Assembly (NCBI GenBank): GCA_964246975.1
Contig: CAXTSL010000002.1
Location: 1-58,077, forward strand
Length of the DNA: 58,077 nucleotides
Direction: 5' to 3'
Source: an uncultured Sphingomonadaceae bacterium
GTDB taxonomy: Bacteria; Pseudomonadota; Alphaproteobacteria; Sphingomonadales; Sphingomonadaceae
In this document: positions 22,844 through 32,235 of the stretch, piece after piece
Layout of the letters: each line of letters begins with the position of its first letter
How positions within the stretch are numbered: position 1 is the stretch's first letter
The notes under the pieces: model-generated
Databases searched by the model: none
What the model was told of the DNA's origin: nothing
The model's input: only the letters and a program-made list of their open reading frames with translations
Program-made: the position numbers and the translations under genes

Positions 22844-24234
22844 GCGACGCGGCGGCTGCCGACGCCGCCGAAGCGCTCGCCTTTCGCAACGGTGAACCCG
22901 GCACTGCAAGGCCCGACGGCGCAGCCCCGGTCGAGGCGGATGGCGCGTGGCCGTCGGCGGGCGTCGCGTGGGGCACGGTCGCGGCACTGCTCCTCGCCTA
23001 CGTCGTGTCGTTCGCCGACCGCCAGATCCTCGCGCTGCTGATCGGGCCGATCAAGGCCGATCTCAGACTGTCGGATACGCAATTCAGCCTGCTCGCCGGA
23101 CTCGCCTTCGCGCTGTTCTACACGGTCATGGGCCTGCCGTTCGGGCGTCTCGCCGACCGCTACAGCCGCCGCCTGATCATCGCCTTCGGCACGCTGGCGG
23201 GCGGCCTGGCGGCAGCGGCGGCGGGGCTGGCGGGCAGCTATGCGCAGTTGTTCGGCGCGCGCGTCTCGGCCGGCATCGCCGACGCCTCGCTCGGACCGGC
23301 GGCGTTCTCGGTGCTCAGCGACCTGTTTCCGCCCGCGCGCCGCGCCCGCGCCTTTTCGGTGTATAGCCTCGGCATCTACATCGGCGCGGGACTGGCGTTC
23401 GGCGCGGGGGGCCTGGTCGTCGGCGCGGTGGCGCAGAACCCCGTCGTTACGCTGCCGCTGCTCGGCGCGATGCGCGCGTGGCAGGCGGCGTTCATCGTCA
23501 TCGCGCTGCCCGCCGTCGCGCTCGCGCCGTTCCTGCTGCTCCTCCCCGAACCCGCGCGGCGCGGTCGCGCGGCGACGTCCGATCTCAAGATCCGGGCGAC
23601 GATATCGTATGTCTGGCAACGCCGCGCCCTGTTCGGCCCGTGGTTTTTCGGCTTCGGCATCGTCGTGCTGGCGAACTTCGCGACGCTGGCGTGGACGCCC
23701 GAGTTCTTCATCCGCAGCTTCGGCCTGTCGCCGCGCGACGCGGGGGTCCAGATCGGGCTGATCATGGCGGCGGCGGGATCGGTCGGCGTCCTGTCGGGGG
23801 GCGTTTTCGCCGACTGGCTGGCGGCGCGCGGGCGCAGCGACGGGGTGCTGATCGCGGGCGCGCTGGCCTGTCTGGGCGGCACCGTCTTCGGCATCCTGTT
23901 CCCGCTGATGCCGAGTGCGGGGCTGGCGCGGCTGATGCTCGTCCCGCTGTTCTTCTGCGGTGCGTTCGCCAGCGGCGCGGCGCCGTCGGCAATCGGTGCG
24001 GTGACCCCGAACGAGATGCGCGGCCAGGTTTCGGCGCTTTACCTGCTCGTCATCAACCTGCTCGGGCTGGGGCTGGGGCCGACGCTGCCCGCGCTGCTCA
24101 CCGACTTCGTTTTTGCCGACGAGGCAAAGCTTGGCTTGTCGCTGGCGCTGACCGCCGCACTCACGGGAATACCCGCCGCATGGTTGCTCGACCGCGCGCG
24201 CCCCGCCTACCGCCGCGCCGCCGCTGATGCCTAA
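22840..24234 (+). CDS. MFS transporter (spinster-like)
   Basis: SFADRQIL..LI.PIK.DL, motif A G.LADRYSRR, about 12 TM helices; GTG overlaps the upstream stop. Confidence 0.9.
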   Translation: MSDAAAADAAEALAFRNGEPGTARPDGAAPVEADGAWPSAGVAWGTVAALLLAYVVSFADRQILALLIGPIKADLRLSDTQFSLLAGLAFALFYTVMGLPFGRLADRYSRRLIIAFGTLAGGLAAAAAGLAGSYAQLFGARVSAGIADASLGPAAFSVLSDLFPPARRARAFSVYSLGIYIGAGLAFGAGGLVVGAVAQNPVVTLPLLGAMRAWQAAFIVIALPAVALAPFLLLLPEPARRGRAATSDLKIRATISYVWQRRALFGPWFFGFGIVVLANFATLAWTPEFFIRSFGLSPRDAGVQIGLIMAAAGSVGVLSGGVFADWLAARGRSDGVLIAGALACLGGTVFGILFPLMPSAGLARLMLVPLFFCGAFASGAAPSAIGAVTPNEMRGQVSALYLLVINLLGLGLGPTLPALLTDFVFADEAKLGLSLALTAALTGIPAAWLLDRARPAYRRAAADA

Positions 24235-24324
24235 CCAAAATTCATGGCGATCGCGTAACAAGCGATAAGGCCAACCGCCGGACCATCGCTCAAACTGGCC
24301 GGCAGGACAGGGGGGGGTCGGCAC

Positions 24325-26496
24325 ATGCGTGGCATCGAGACTTTGGCGCTGACCGCGATGCTGTTCGCGGCCCCGGCGGCAGCGCAGACCGCCGCCGCGA
24401 GTGCCACCACCGAGGGCGGCGGCGACGACATCGTCGTGACCGCCCAAAAGCGCGAGCAGCGGCTGCAGGACGTGCCGATCTCGATCGTCGTCAAGAGCGG
24501 CGACCTGCTCAAGGACGACGGCATCAACGACTATTTCGCGCTGCAGGCGCGCATCCCCAATCTCGTCATCGTCGACACGCCCGCCAACAAGAGCATCACC
24601 ATTCGCGGCATCGGTACCAGCGGCAACAGCTATAGCTTCGAGCAGTCGGTGGCGCTGTTCGTCGACGGCATCTACGGCGGGCGCAACCGTCAGTTCAATC
24701 AGCCCTTCCTCGACGTCCAGCGCGTCGAGGTGCTGCGCGGACCGCAGGGCGCGCTGTTCGGGCGCAACACCAGCGCGGGCGCGATCAGCGTCGTCTCGGC
24801 GCGACCGGGCGACAAGCTCGGCGGCGAAGTGTCGGGCGAGTACGAGTTCGTCCGCGACAGCCGCAACCTGACCGGCATCGTCAATGTGCCGCTGGGCGAT
24901 ACGCTGGCGGTCCGCGTCGCGGGGCGGTACGCGCGGGTCAACGGCTTCATCGACAATACCACGCTCGGTCGCGACGAACCCGTTCGCGACGACTATCTCG
25001 TTCGCGGCTCGGTGCAGTGGAAACCCGCGCCCGATGTCACCGTGTTCGGCAAGCTCGAATACACCAAGTCGAAGATCAAGGGGTCGGCGTTCGAATTCGC
25101 GGCGTTCGGCAGTTTGCCCGATTACCGCAAGGACACCGACGATGCCTTCTCGCCCGAACGCGACAATTCGAACACGCTCAACGGCGTGCTGCAGGCCGAT
25201 ATCGGCATCGGCACCCACACGCTGACCGCGCTGACCGGCTATTCGCACTACCGCTACGATCAGGCCTTCAACATCCAGGGCAAGCGTCCGGCGCGGCTCG
25301 TCGTCGACAATGGCGAGCGGTTTAAACAATGGTCGCAGGAAGTTCGGCTGGCATCGCCGACGGGCGGGCGGCTCGACTATGTCGTCGGTGCCTATGTCGA
25401 GCATGGCGAGTCGAACGTCCGCCGCGTGTCGATCATCGACGTGCCGCCGCCGCCATCGCCCGATACGCAGACCTCGCGGACCTTCGACCAGAAGACCGAT
25501 GTCGTCGCGGTTTTCGCGCAGGCCAATGTCAGGCTGATCGACCAGGTCATGCTGAGCGGCGGACTGCGCTATACGCACATCAAGAAGCACGGCTATCTGA
25601 CCGGCTCGACGCTGCTGTTTCCGGCGACGGTGATCCCGCGCGCGCCGCTGGCGGGCGACATCCGCGAAGACGACGTGTCGCCCTCGGCGACGCTGACCTG
25701 GACCCCGAGCCGCGACCTCAATGTCTATGCCCGCTATGCCCGCGGCGACAAGGGCGGCGCATTTTCCGAGTTCCAGAACGTCACCGCCGCGAACTTCATC
25801 CTGCGGCCCGAAAAGTCGGATGCCTTCGAGATCGGCAGCAAGGTGCAGATTCCGTCGATTCGCGGTTTCGTCAACCTCGCGGCGTTCACGACCGACTACC
25901 AGGACCTGCAGAAATCGGCGCTCGACATCAACACCGCGAGCTTCGTCACCAGCAACGCCGCCGGGGCGCGGACGCGCGGGGTCGAGATCGAGGGCGGCTT
26001 CGAGCCGCTGGCCGGCCTGCGCTTCAATGCCGGGATCGCCTATCTCGACGCCAAATACACGTCGTTCCCCAACGGCCCGTGCCGCTTCGACAATCCCAGC
26101 GTCCGCGTGGCCGGCTGCACGCAGAACCGCAAGGGCGACCGGCTGCAAAGCTCGCCTGAATGGTCGGGCAACGCCGCGCTCGCCTATGATGCGCCGATCA
26201 GCGCCGCGCTGCGCCTGATCGCTTCGGCGACGGTCAATTTCCAGAGCGATATCAACTATCAGGAGACCGAGAACCCGCTCGAGGTGCAACCCGCCTTTGC
26301 CAAGACCGACCTGCGCATCGGCCTCGGCGGGGTGAAAACCGCGTGGGAGGTGACGTTGCTTGTCCGCAACGTCTTCGACAAGCGCACGTCGGGGCTGATC
26401 TTCGAGACCTTCCCGGTCGGGGTCGCACCGAACGACCGGGTCTATGCGCCCGACCCGAAGCGCACCTTCACCCTGCAGGCGCGGCTGCGGTTCTAG
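24325..26496 (+). CDS. TonB-dependent receptor
   Basis: Signal peptide, DIVVTAQKREQ, VEVLRGPQGALFGRN, C-terminal F. Confidence 0.95.
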   Translation: MRGIETLALTAMLFAAPAAAQTAAASATTEGGGDDIVVTAQKREQRLQDVPISIVVKSGDLLKDDGINDYFALQARIPNLVIVDTPANKSITIRGIGTSGNSYSFEQSVALFVDGIYGGRNRQFNQPFLDVQRVEVLRGPQGALFGRNTSAGAISVVSARPGDKLGGEVSGEYEFVRDSRNLTGIVNVPLGDTLAVRVAGRYARVNGFIDNTTLGRDEPVRDDYLVRGSVQWKPAPDVTVFGKLEYTKSKIKGSAFEFAAFGSLPDYRKDTDDAFSPERDNSNTLNGVLQADIGIGTHTLTALTGYSHYRYDQAFNIQGKRPARLVVDNGERFKQWSQEVRLASPTGGRLDYVVGAYVEHGESNVRRVSIIDVPPPPSPDTQTSRTFDQKTDVVAVFAQANVRLIDQVMLSGGLRYTHIKKHGYLTGSTLLFPATVIPRAPLAGDIREDDVSPSATLTWTPSRDLNVYARYARGDKGGAFSEFQNVTAANFILRPEKSDAFEIGSKVQIPSIRGFVNLAAFTTDYQDLQKSALDINTASFVTSNAAGARTRGVEIEGGFEPLAGLRFNAGIAYLDAKYTSFPNGPCRFDNPSVRVAGCTQNRKGDRLQSSPEWSGNAALAYDAPISAALRLIASATVNFQSDINYQETENPLEVQPAFAKTDLRIGLGGVKTAWEVTLLVRNVFDKRTSGLIFETFPVGVAPNDRVYAPDPKRTFTLQARLRF

Positions 26497-26505
26497 GAAG
26501 GCAGG

Positions 26506-27198
26506 ATGCGCGTTTCGAACGATCTCGCCGACCTGCCGCTGCCGGTCCGGCGCAACGCCGACGGCACCGCGACGCTGGTCCTCGACATGGCGGTGCTGGG
26601 CCATACCGACGCCCCCGATCCCTCGGGGCGGATCGGGCCGAAGGACAGCCAGAATTACTTCGCCATCGACGTGCGCGGCGACAGCTATTTCGTCGAGGGT
26701 CTGCTGTATCCCGGCGGGACGATCCCGCGCCCGACGGTGCCGACGCGGTTGTCGGTGTTCCCCAACGCGCCGCCCAAGCTCAACAACGAGGTCGTCTGGG
26801 ACTTCACGCGGGCGAAACCGCTCGGCCACCACTTCAATCGCGGCTGGGTGTTGATCCACGGCAGTGCAACGTCCGGCAGCGACACGCGCGGCACGCCGAT
26901 CGATCCGCCGCGCCGCGTGCCGCATTTGTTGTCGACGCACAGCTTTGTCATCGGCGCGTTCGGCCCCGACAACCTGTCGCCGCCGCTGCTCGTCACCGGC
27001 GGTGTCGAGAATGGCAACGACCCAGACGACGAGGTCGTCATCCGCGCCGTGACCGGCGGCACCGGCCCGTTTCGCTTTGCGCGCGGTCAGGTGCGGCAGG
27101 ACCGGATCGGTCGCAACACCACGGGCCTGCGCAGCTTTTCCAAGGCCGCCGACGTGCTCGCGCCAAATTACCGCTTCACCTTCACCCTGCGTCTGTGA
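26506..27198 (+). CDS. Hypothetical protein, dirigent/allene oxide cyclase-like barrel (no signal peptide)
   Basis: RAVTGGTGPFRFARGQV motif; clear paralogue of the next gene; fold inferred. Confidence 0.65.
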   Translation: MRVSNDLADLPLPVRRNADGTATLVLDMAVLGHTDAPDPSGRIGPKDSQNYFAIDVRGDSYFVEGLLYPGGTIPRPTVPTRLSVFPNAPPKLNNEVVWDFTRAKPLGHHFNRGWVLIHGSATSGSDTRGTPIDPPRRVPHLLSTHSFVIGAFGPDNLSPPLLVTGGVENGNDPDDEVVIRAVTGGTGPFRFARGQVRQDRIGRNTTGLRSFSKAADVLAPNYRFTFTLRL

Positions 27199-27211
27199 AC
27201 AGGAGGACATC

Positions 27212-27979
27212 ATGCCCATCGACCTGAACCGCCGGGGCGTTCTGGGCGTCGGTGGCCTGCTTGCGGCGGGCGCGGCGGCACCGGCACTCGGTGCCCCGGC
27301 ATCGACGCGCCCCGCGCCAAGCGACTGGCTGCGGATGACCACCGACAGGGGCGGCATCACGCGTTTCGCCGTCGATGTCGCGGTGATCGGCAACAGCGAT
27401 GCCATCGACCCGTCGGGGCGCATCGGCGACCCCAAGAGCCAGGATTATTTCAACATCGACGTGCGCGGCGACTCGTATCAGGTCGAAGGCGCGCTGTATC
27501 CCGGCGGCACGATCCCCGATCCGACGGTGATGACGCCGGGGCGGAGCAAGGCGTCGGTGCAGTATCAGATCAACTGGGATTTCACCAAGGCCCCGCCCGC
27601 CGGACACTGGCTGAGCCGCGGCTGGGTGCTGATCAACGGCAGCAACGCACCCGCGAAGGATACGCTCGGCACCGTTGTTGAGGCGGCGCGCCGCGAGCCG
27701 CACCTGCTGTCCGAACATAATTACGTCTTCGGGCGCTTCGGTGCCGACGCGCTGTCACCCGAGATGCTCATTTCGAGCGGCACCGAGGACGGCAACGACG
27801 TCGACCGCGAAGTGCTGACCCGCGCGATTACCGGCGGGACCGGCCGCTTCCGCTTCGCGCGCGGCCAGGTCGTCGAGCGCCGCATCGGCCGCAACACGTC
27901 GACGCTGCGAAGTTTCTCCAACTTTCCCGGGGCCTACGCACCGAATTACCGTTTCGAATTCGAGTTGCGGCTCGACTGA
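27212..27979 (+). CDS. Tat-exported hypothetical protein, dirigent/allene oxide cyclase-like barrel
   Basis: AGGAGG RBS; LNRRGVL twin-arginine plus hydrophobic stretch; RAITGGTGRFRFARGQV. Confidence 0.7.
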   Translation: MPIDLNRRGVLGVGGLLAAGAAAPALGAPASTRPAPSDWLRMTTDRGGITRFAVDVAVIGNSDAIDPSGRIGDPKSQDYFNIDVRGDSYQVEGALYPGGTIPDPTVMTPGRSKASVQYQINWDFTKAPPAGHWLSRGWVLINGSNAPAKDTLGTVVEAARREPHLLSEHNYVFGRFGADALSPEMLISSGTEDGNDVDREVLTRAITGGTGRFRFARGQVVERRIGRNTSTLRSFSNFPGAYAPNYRFEFELRLD

Positions 27980-28050
27980 AGCGCCGGGCCGACAATCGCG
28001 GCTCGACGCAACGTGTTGCGGTGTCAGGTCCGTCGAGACAGGCCGACCCG

Positions 28051-28611
28051 TTATCCGCTATTGGGTCGGTGAAGCGGGAATGGATATGCGCCCATCGTCG
28101 AGCGGCACTCGATGCCGATTTCCGTCGGAGAGACCGGGCCGATGCAATAACCGGTCGCGCCGCTGGTATCCTGAAAGCCCCATTGGACGCGTCCGGCGGC
28201 AACCGCACCGCTGACGGGCGCGGCGAACTGCGGCCCGGCGATCGTGAAATAGGGGCCGTTCTGCATGATCATGTAGGGCCGGTGCCAGCTGTCGTGCCAC
28301 GCGCCCGAGATGTCGGCGACCGGCAGCGCGGGGGTCGTGGGCAGCGCGTCGGCGGTGCGGAGCGGAGCGGGGTCGGCGACCGGTTCGGCGACGCGCACGG
28401 GTTCGGATTTGGGCACCGCGACGGGTGCGGGCGCAGGCTCGTCCTTCGCGACGGGGTTCGGGGCGGGGGTCGGGGCGGGAGCGGGCGCGGGGGTCGGCGA
28501 GGGGGTTTGCACCGCTGGCTTGCCGACGATCTCCAGATATTTCGCGCCCAGCGTGCCGACCAGGCCGATAACGGCGACGGCGATCAGGACCTTGCCGTTG
28601 CTCTCCGCCAT
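28051..28611 (-). CDS. Membrane-anchored protein with Pro-rich linker and unknown C-terminal domain
   Basis: N-terminal TM, (P/T/A)-rich stalk, globular ADISGAWHD.. domain. Confidence 0.7.
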   Translation of the reverse strand: MAESNGKVLIAVAVIGLVGTLGAKYLEIVGKPAVQTPSPTPAPAPAPTPAPNPVAKDEPAPAPVAVPKSEPVRVAEPVADPAPLRTADALPTTPALPVADISGAWHDSWHRPYMIMQNGPYFTIAGPQFAAPVSGAVAAGRVQWGFQDTSGATGYCIGPVSPTEIGIECRSTMGAYPFPLHRPNSG

Positions 28612-28708
28612 TCGCCTGCCCCAGTGCCGCCGTCGTCGAACCTATCGCAGGGTCCCGCCGCCGCCAAGTGCGTTGCGCGCCGCCCCCGGCTCGCCCTATG
28701 ACGCGGGC

Positions 28709-28885
28709 GTGATCGCCCCCGCCAGCAACGCCCCCGAATACAGCGTCTCCGAACTCGCCGGCGCGCTCAAGCGCACCGTCGAGGCGGCCTATGGCCATGT
28801 CCGCGTGCGCGGCGAAATATCGGGGTGGAAGCGCGCCGCGTCGGGGCATAGCTACCTGTGCCTCAAGGACGACTCTCCGCCATGA
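28709..28885 (+). pseudogene. Orphan 5' fragment of xseA (58 codons)
   Basis: [47 protein letters not shown] followed by unrelated SPP*. Confidence 0.9.
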
Positions 28886-29877
28886 GCCCTCCGTCGTGCA
28901 GCCTATCGCACGCCTGCGGCAGGGCCAAGGCCGATGCGCGTCCTGTACGGGGGCTGAATGCATGACGTAGAGGGGGTCGTAGAGGGTGCCCGACCTATCC
29001 ACCGCTGCCGAATTGCCAGAAGAAGTTGACGCCGGCGCAGACGTTGAACTCAGCCTGCGCCAGCTCGCGGCCGTCGGCGAAGACGGCCTTCATGTCGTAG
29101 GCACAGTGACGCTCGCCGTCGTCGGCGTCGATCGCAAGCGTCGTGCCGGGCGGTAACGCGACGCCGCCGAGCCGGTCGGGGCCGTAGCCCTTCGCCTCCG
29201 ATGCCGCGACGAACAGGCGGACCATCGGCTGCGGGGTCCGGTTGGCGATGGTGAAGCGCCGCCCGACGCCGTCGTTCGACTGGCCCCACGCGGGAATGGT
29301 CCGCAGGTCGCCGGGGGCGAGCGCAGCGGCTGGCGCGGCGGCGCTCACGGGGGGCGGCGTTTCGATGCGGATGGTTGCCGCTGTCGTCGGCGCAGCGTTC
29401 ACGCTTTTGGATTTTGGTGGCGGCGATGGATCGCGGTCCGGCGGTACGGATGGCGGACTCTCCGGGGCAACGACGCTCGGCAGCGGGATTGCCGGTCTGA
29501 CATCTGCCAACGTCGGCACCGGTACCGCGACCGGTGACGCTTCGCGAAACTTGTCGGCGTTGGCGATCAGTGCGACGAGGATCGCGCTGACCATCGAGAT
29601 CAGCGCCACCTTGACCGCCGTCGTCTCGCCCTGCGTCGCCATCGCCTGCCCGCTTGCCCTGTCCGCGTGCTTCCACGATAGCAGCGCGATGCCCGCGACG
29701 ACCAGCCCCGACGACGCCACACCCCGCGCCAATACACCCGAATACAGCGTCTCCGAACTGGCAGGCGCGCTCAAGCGCACCGTCGAGGCGGCCTATGGCT
29801 ATGTCCGTGTGCGCGGCGAGATTTCGGGATGGAAGCGCGCCGCGTCGGGGCATTGCTATCTGTGTCTCAAGGACGAC
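28733..29877 (+). repeat. 141-bp direct repeat (28733-28873 and 29737-29877)
   Basis: Manual alignment: 10 mismatches, no gaps. Confidence 0.95.
28995..29642 (-). CDS. Membrane-anchored protein with Pro-rich linker and small Cys-paired beta domain
   Basis: MATQGETTAVKVALIS TM; C-terminal FTIANRT..L...GPDRLG..L.PG..CAYDMKAVFADG..NVC domain. Confidence 0.75.
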   Translation of the reverse strand: MATQGETTAVKVALISMVSAILVALIANADKFREASPVAVPVPTLADVRPAIPLPSVVAPESPPSVPPDRDPSPPPKSKSVNAAPTTAATIRIETPPPVSAAAPAAALAPGDLRTIPAWGQSNDGVGRRFTIANRTPQPMVRLFVAASEAKGYGPDRLGGVALPPGTTLAIDADDGERHCAYDMKAVFADGRELAQAEFNVCAGVNFFWQFGSGG

Positions 29878-31143
29878 GCCGCCGTCATCGACGCGGTGAT
29901 GTGGAAGGCGACCGCCGCCGCGCTGCCGTTCCGCCCCGAGGACGGGCTCGAGGTCATCGTCACCGGCAAGCTGACGACCTATCCGGGGCGGTCGAAATAC
30001 CAGATCGTCGTCGAGCGGATGGAGCCGGCGGGCGTCGGTGCGCTGCTCGCGCAGTTGGCCGAGCGCAAGGCGCGGCTGATGGCCGAAGGGCTGTTCGACG
30101 CCGACCGCAAGCGCGCGCTGCCCTACATCCCGCAGGTCATCGGCGTCATCACCTCGCCGACGGGGGCGGTGATCCGCGACATCCTCCACCGTCTCGCCGA
30201 CCGCTTCCCGCGCCGCGTCGTCGTCTGGCCGGTGGTCGTCCAGGGCGACGCCGCAGCGGCGCAGGTCGTCGCGGCGCTGAATGGTTTCAATGCGCTGGGG
30301 GAGGGCGGGGGGGTGCCGCGTCCCGACCTGCTGATCGTCGCGCGCGGCGGCGGGTCGATCGAGGACCTCGCGGCCTTCAACGAGGAGGCGGTGGTGCGCG
30401 CCGTCGCGGCGTCGGCGATCCCCGTCATCACTGCGGTCGGCCACGAGACCGACACGACGCTGGTCGACTTCGCCAGCGACCACCGCGCCCCGACCCCAAG
30501 CGCCGCCGCCGAGCGCGCCGTACCGGTGCTCGCCGACCTGCAGTTCGCGCTCGGCGCGCTGGCCCTGCGCGGCGGGCGTGCGGCGGCGCGCGGGCTGGCG
30601 GCGCGGCGCGAGCGCGTTGCGGCGCTGCGCCTGCCGACTCCGCGTGCGCTGCTCGGACTGCGTCAGCAACGCTTCGACGAGCTGGCCGACCGCCTGCCGC
30701 GCGCGCTCGCGGCAGGGACGGCGAAGTGGCGGGCGCGCTTCGAGCGCAGCGGCGCGGCATTGCGGCCGGTCCTGCTCGACCGGCGGCTGACGACGGCGCG
30801 AACGGCGCTCGGCCAGCACGACAAGGCGCTGGGCGCGGCGCTGCGCGGCCTGTTGGCGCGCGACGCCCAGCAGTTGACGCGTACTGCCGCGCCGTTGCGC
30901 CTCGCGCTGCTGACGGGGGCCCAGGGCCGGGGCGCGGCGCGGCTGGCGAGTGCGGCACGGCTGCTCGACACGCTCGGTCCGATGCAGGTGATGCGGCGCG
31001 GCTATGTCCTCGTCCGCGCCGCCGACGGCAGGCCGGTGACGAGCGCGGCGGCGGCGCGAACGCAGGCGGCACTGACGCTCGGTTTCCACGACGGCGAACT
31101 GCCAGTCTCGACGGCGACGCCGCGTCAGGGTAGGTTGCTGTGA
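29689..31143 (+). CDS. xseA: Exodeoxyribonuclease VII large subunit
   Basis: SVSEL, VRGEIS, GVITSPTGAVIRDI, ARGGGSIEDL, GHETD and APTPSAAAE motifs. Confidence 0.96.
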   Translation: MPATTSPDDATPRANTPEYSVSELAGALKRTVEAAYGYVRVRGEISGWKRAASGHCYLCLKDDAAVIDAVMWKATAAALPFRPEDGLEVIVTGKLTTYPGRSKYQIVVERMEPAGVGALLAQLAERKARLMAEGLFDADRKRALPYIPQVIGVITSPTGAVIRDILHRLADRFPRRVVVWPVVVQGDAAAAQVVAALNGFNALGEGGGVPRPDLLIVARGGGSIEDLAAFNEEAVVRAVAASAIPVITAVGHETDTTLVDFASDHRAPTPSAAAERAVPVLADLQFALGALALRGGRAAARGLAARRERVAALRLPTPRALLGLRQQRFDELADRLPRALAAGTAKWRARFERSGAALRPVLLDRRLTTARTALGQHDKALGAALRGLLARDAQQLTRTAAPLRLALLTGAQGRGAARLASAARLLDTLGPMQVMRRGYVLVRAADGRPVTSAAAARTQAALTLGFHDGELPVSTATPRQGRLL

Positions 31144-31361
31144 TGCTCGACTTCAACGGCGGCCGCCCGGCGCGGCTGCGCTATCTCTCGGGATCGTTCG
31201 AGGTCCTCGCGCCCGGCGACTATGTCACCTGCGCGGTCAGCGGGCGGCGCGTGCCGCTGGTCAACCTGCGCTATTGGTCGTCCGAAGTGCAGGAGGCCTA
31301 TGCGTCGGCCGATATCGCGGTGCGCCGCTACGGCGACCTGCGCGCCAAGGGAAGACTTTGA
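31140..31361 (+). CDS. DUF2093 family protein
   Basis: PGDYV.CAVSG..VPL..LRYWS..QEAYA; usual position after xseA. Confidence 0.85.
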   Translation: MMLDFNGGRPARLRYLSGSFEVLAPGDYVTCAVSGRRVPLVNLRYWSSEVQEAYASADIAVRRYGDLRAKGRL

Positions 31362-31386
31362 AGCGGACGACCGGGAGGGCGCGCGG

Positions 31387-32235
31387 TTGACCCGCGTCGT
31401 TGCGGCGCTGCTCGTCGCGTCGGTCGCCGGGTGCGCGCGGCCCGTCCCGGCGGGCGAAATCCGGCTGACCGGCACGGCGCAGCAGGGCTGCATCCTGATC
31501 GGTACCGCGCCGCCGGGGACCATGTCGCTGCGCCTTGGCAACAAGCCCGTGCGGCTGGCGGGCGACGGGCGGTTCGTCGTCGGCTTCGGGCGCGATGCCC
31601 CGAACTCGGCGACGCTGACCGCGATCCTGCGCGACGGCGGCGCGGTGTCGCGGACGCTGCCGGTCGCCGGGCGGACGTGGCAGGTCGAGTCGATCCCGTC
31701 GCTGTCGCTCCACAAGACGTCCGAACCCAACCCCGCCTACGAGGCGCTGCGCGCCGCCGAACTCGCGTCGATCGCCGCAGCGCGCGCCGGCGAGACGACC
31801 GAGACCGGCTGGACCCAAGCCTTCGTCTGGCCCGCCGTCGGGCGGATCAGCGGTGTCTATGGCTCGCAGCGCATCCTCGGCGGCGTGCCCGCCAGCCCCC
31901 ACAACGGTGTCGACATCGCCGTACCGACCGGCACGCCCGTCGTCGCCCCCGCCAACGGCGTCATCCGGCTGGCGGGGCAGAAGTTCAGCCTCGAGGGCAA
32001 TCTCGTCATGCTCGACCACGGCCACGGCCTGACCTCGGCGTTTCTCCACCTGTCGCGCGTCGACGTCGTTCCCGGCGAGCGCGTCGCGAAGGGCCAGGTC
32101 ATCGGCGCGGTCGGCATGACCGGGCGCGCGACGGGGCCGCACCTGCACTGGGCGCTGACGTGGGACGACGTGCGGATCGACGCCGCGACGCTGGTGCCGG
32201 TGCCGATGCCGGGCAGCGCGCCGCCCGCCGCCTAG
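31387..32235 (+). CDS. M23 family metallopeptidase
   Basis: HNGVD, DHGHG and ATGPHLHW motifs; lipoprotein-like N-terminus; start approximate. Confidence 0.9.
   Translation: MTRVVAALLVASVAGCARPVPAGEIRLTGTAQQGCILIGTAPPGTMSLRLGNKPVRLAGDGRFVVGFGRDAPNSATLTAILRDGGAVSRTLPVAGRTWQVESIPSLSLHKTSEPNPAYEALRAAELASIAAARAGETTETGWTQAFVWPAVGRISGVYGSQRILGGVPASPHNGVDIAVPTGTPVVAPANGVIRLAGQKFSLEGNLVMLDHGHGLTSAFLHLSRVDVVPGERVAKGQVIGAVGMTGRATGPHLHWALTWDDVRIDAATLVPVPMPGSAPPAA

Noticed and set aside
22750-27435. 1561-aa minus-strand ORF and similar long antisense ORFs (e.g. 32914-35850, 10712-13144, 15826-17973)
   Set aside because: Shadow frames of real genes caused by high GC and codon bias; no recognisable motifs.
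28440-28500. Short GGGGC/GGGGT repeats as a possible array
   Set aside because: They encode the Pro-Ala/Pro-Thr linker; no repeat-spacer structure. No CRISPR array was seen in the window.
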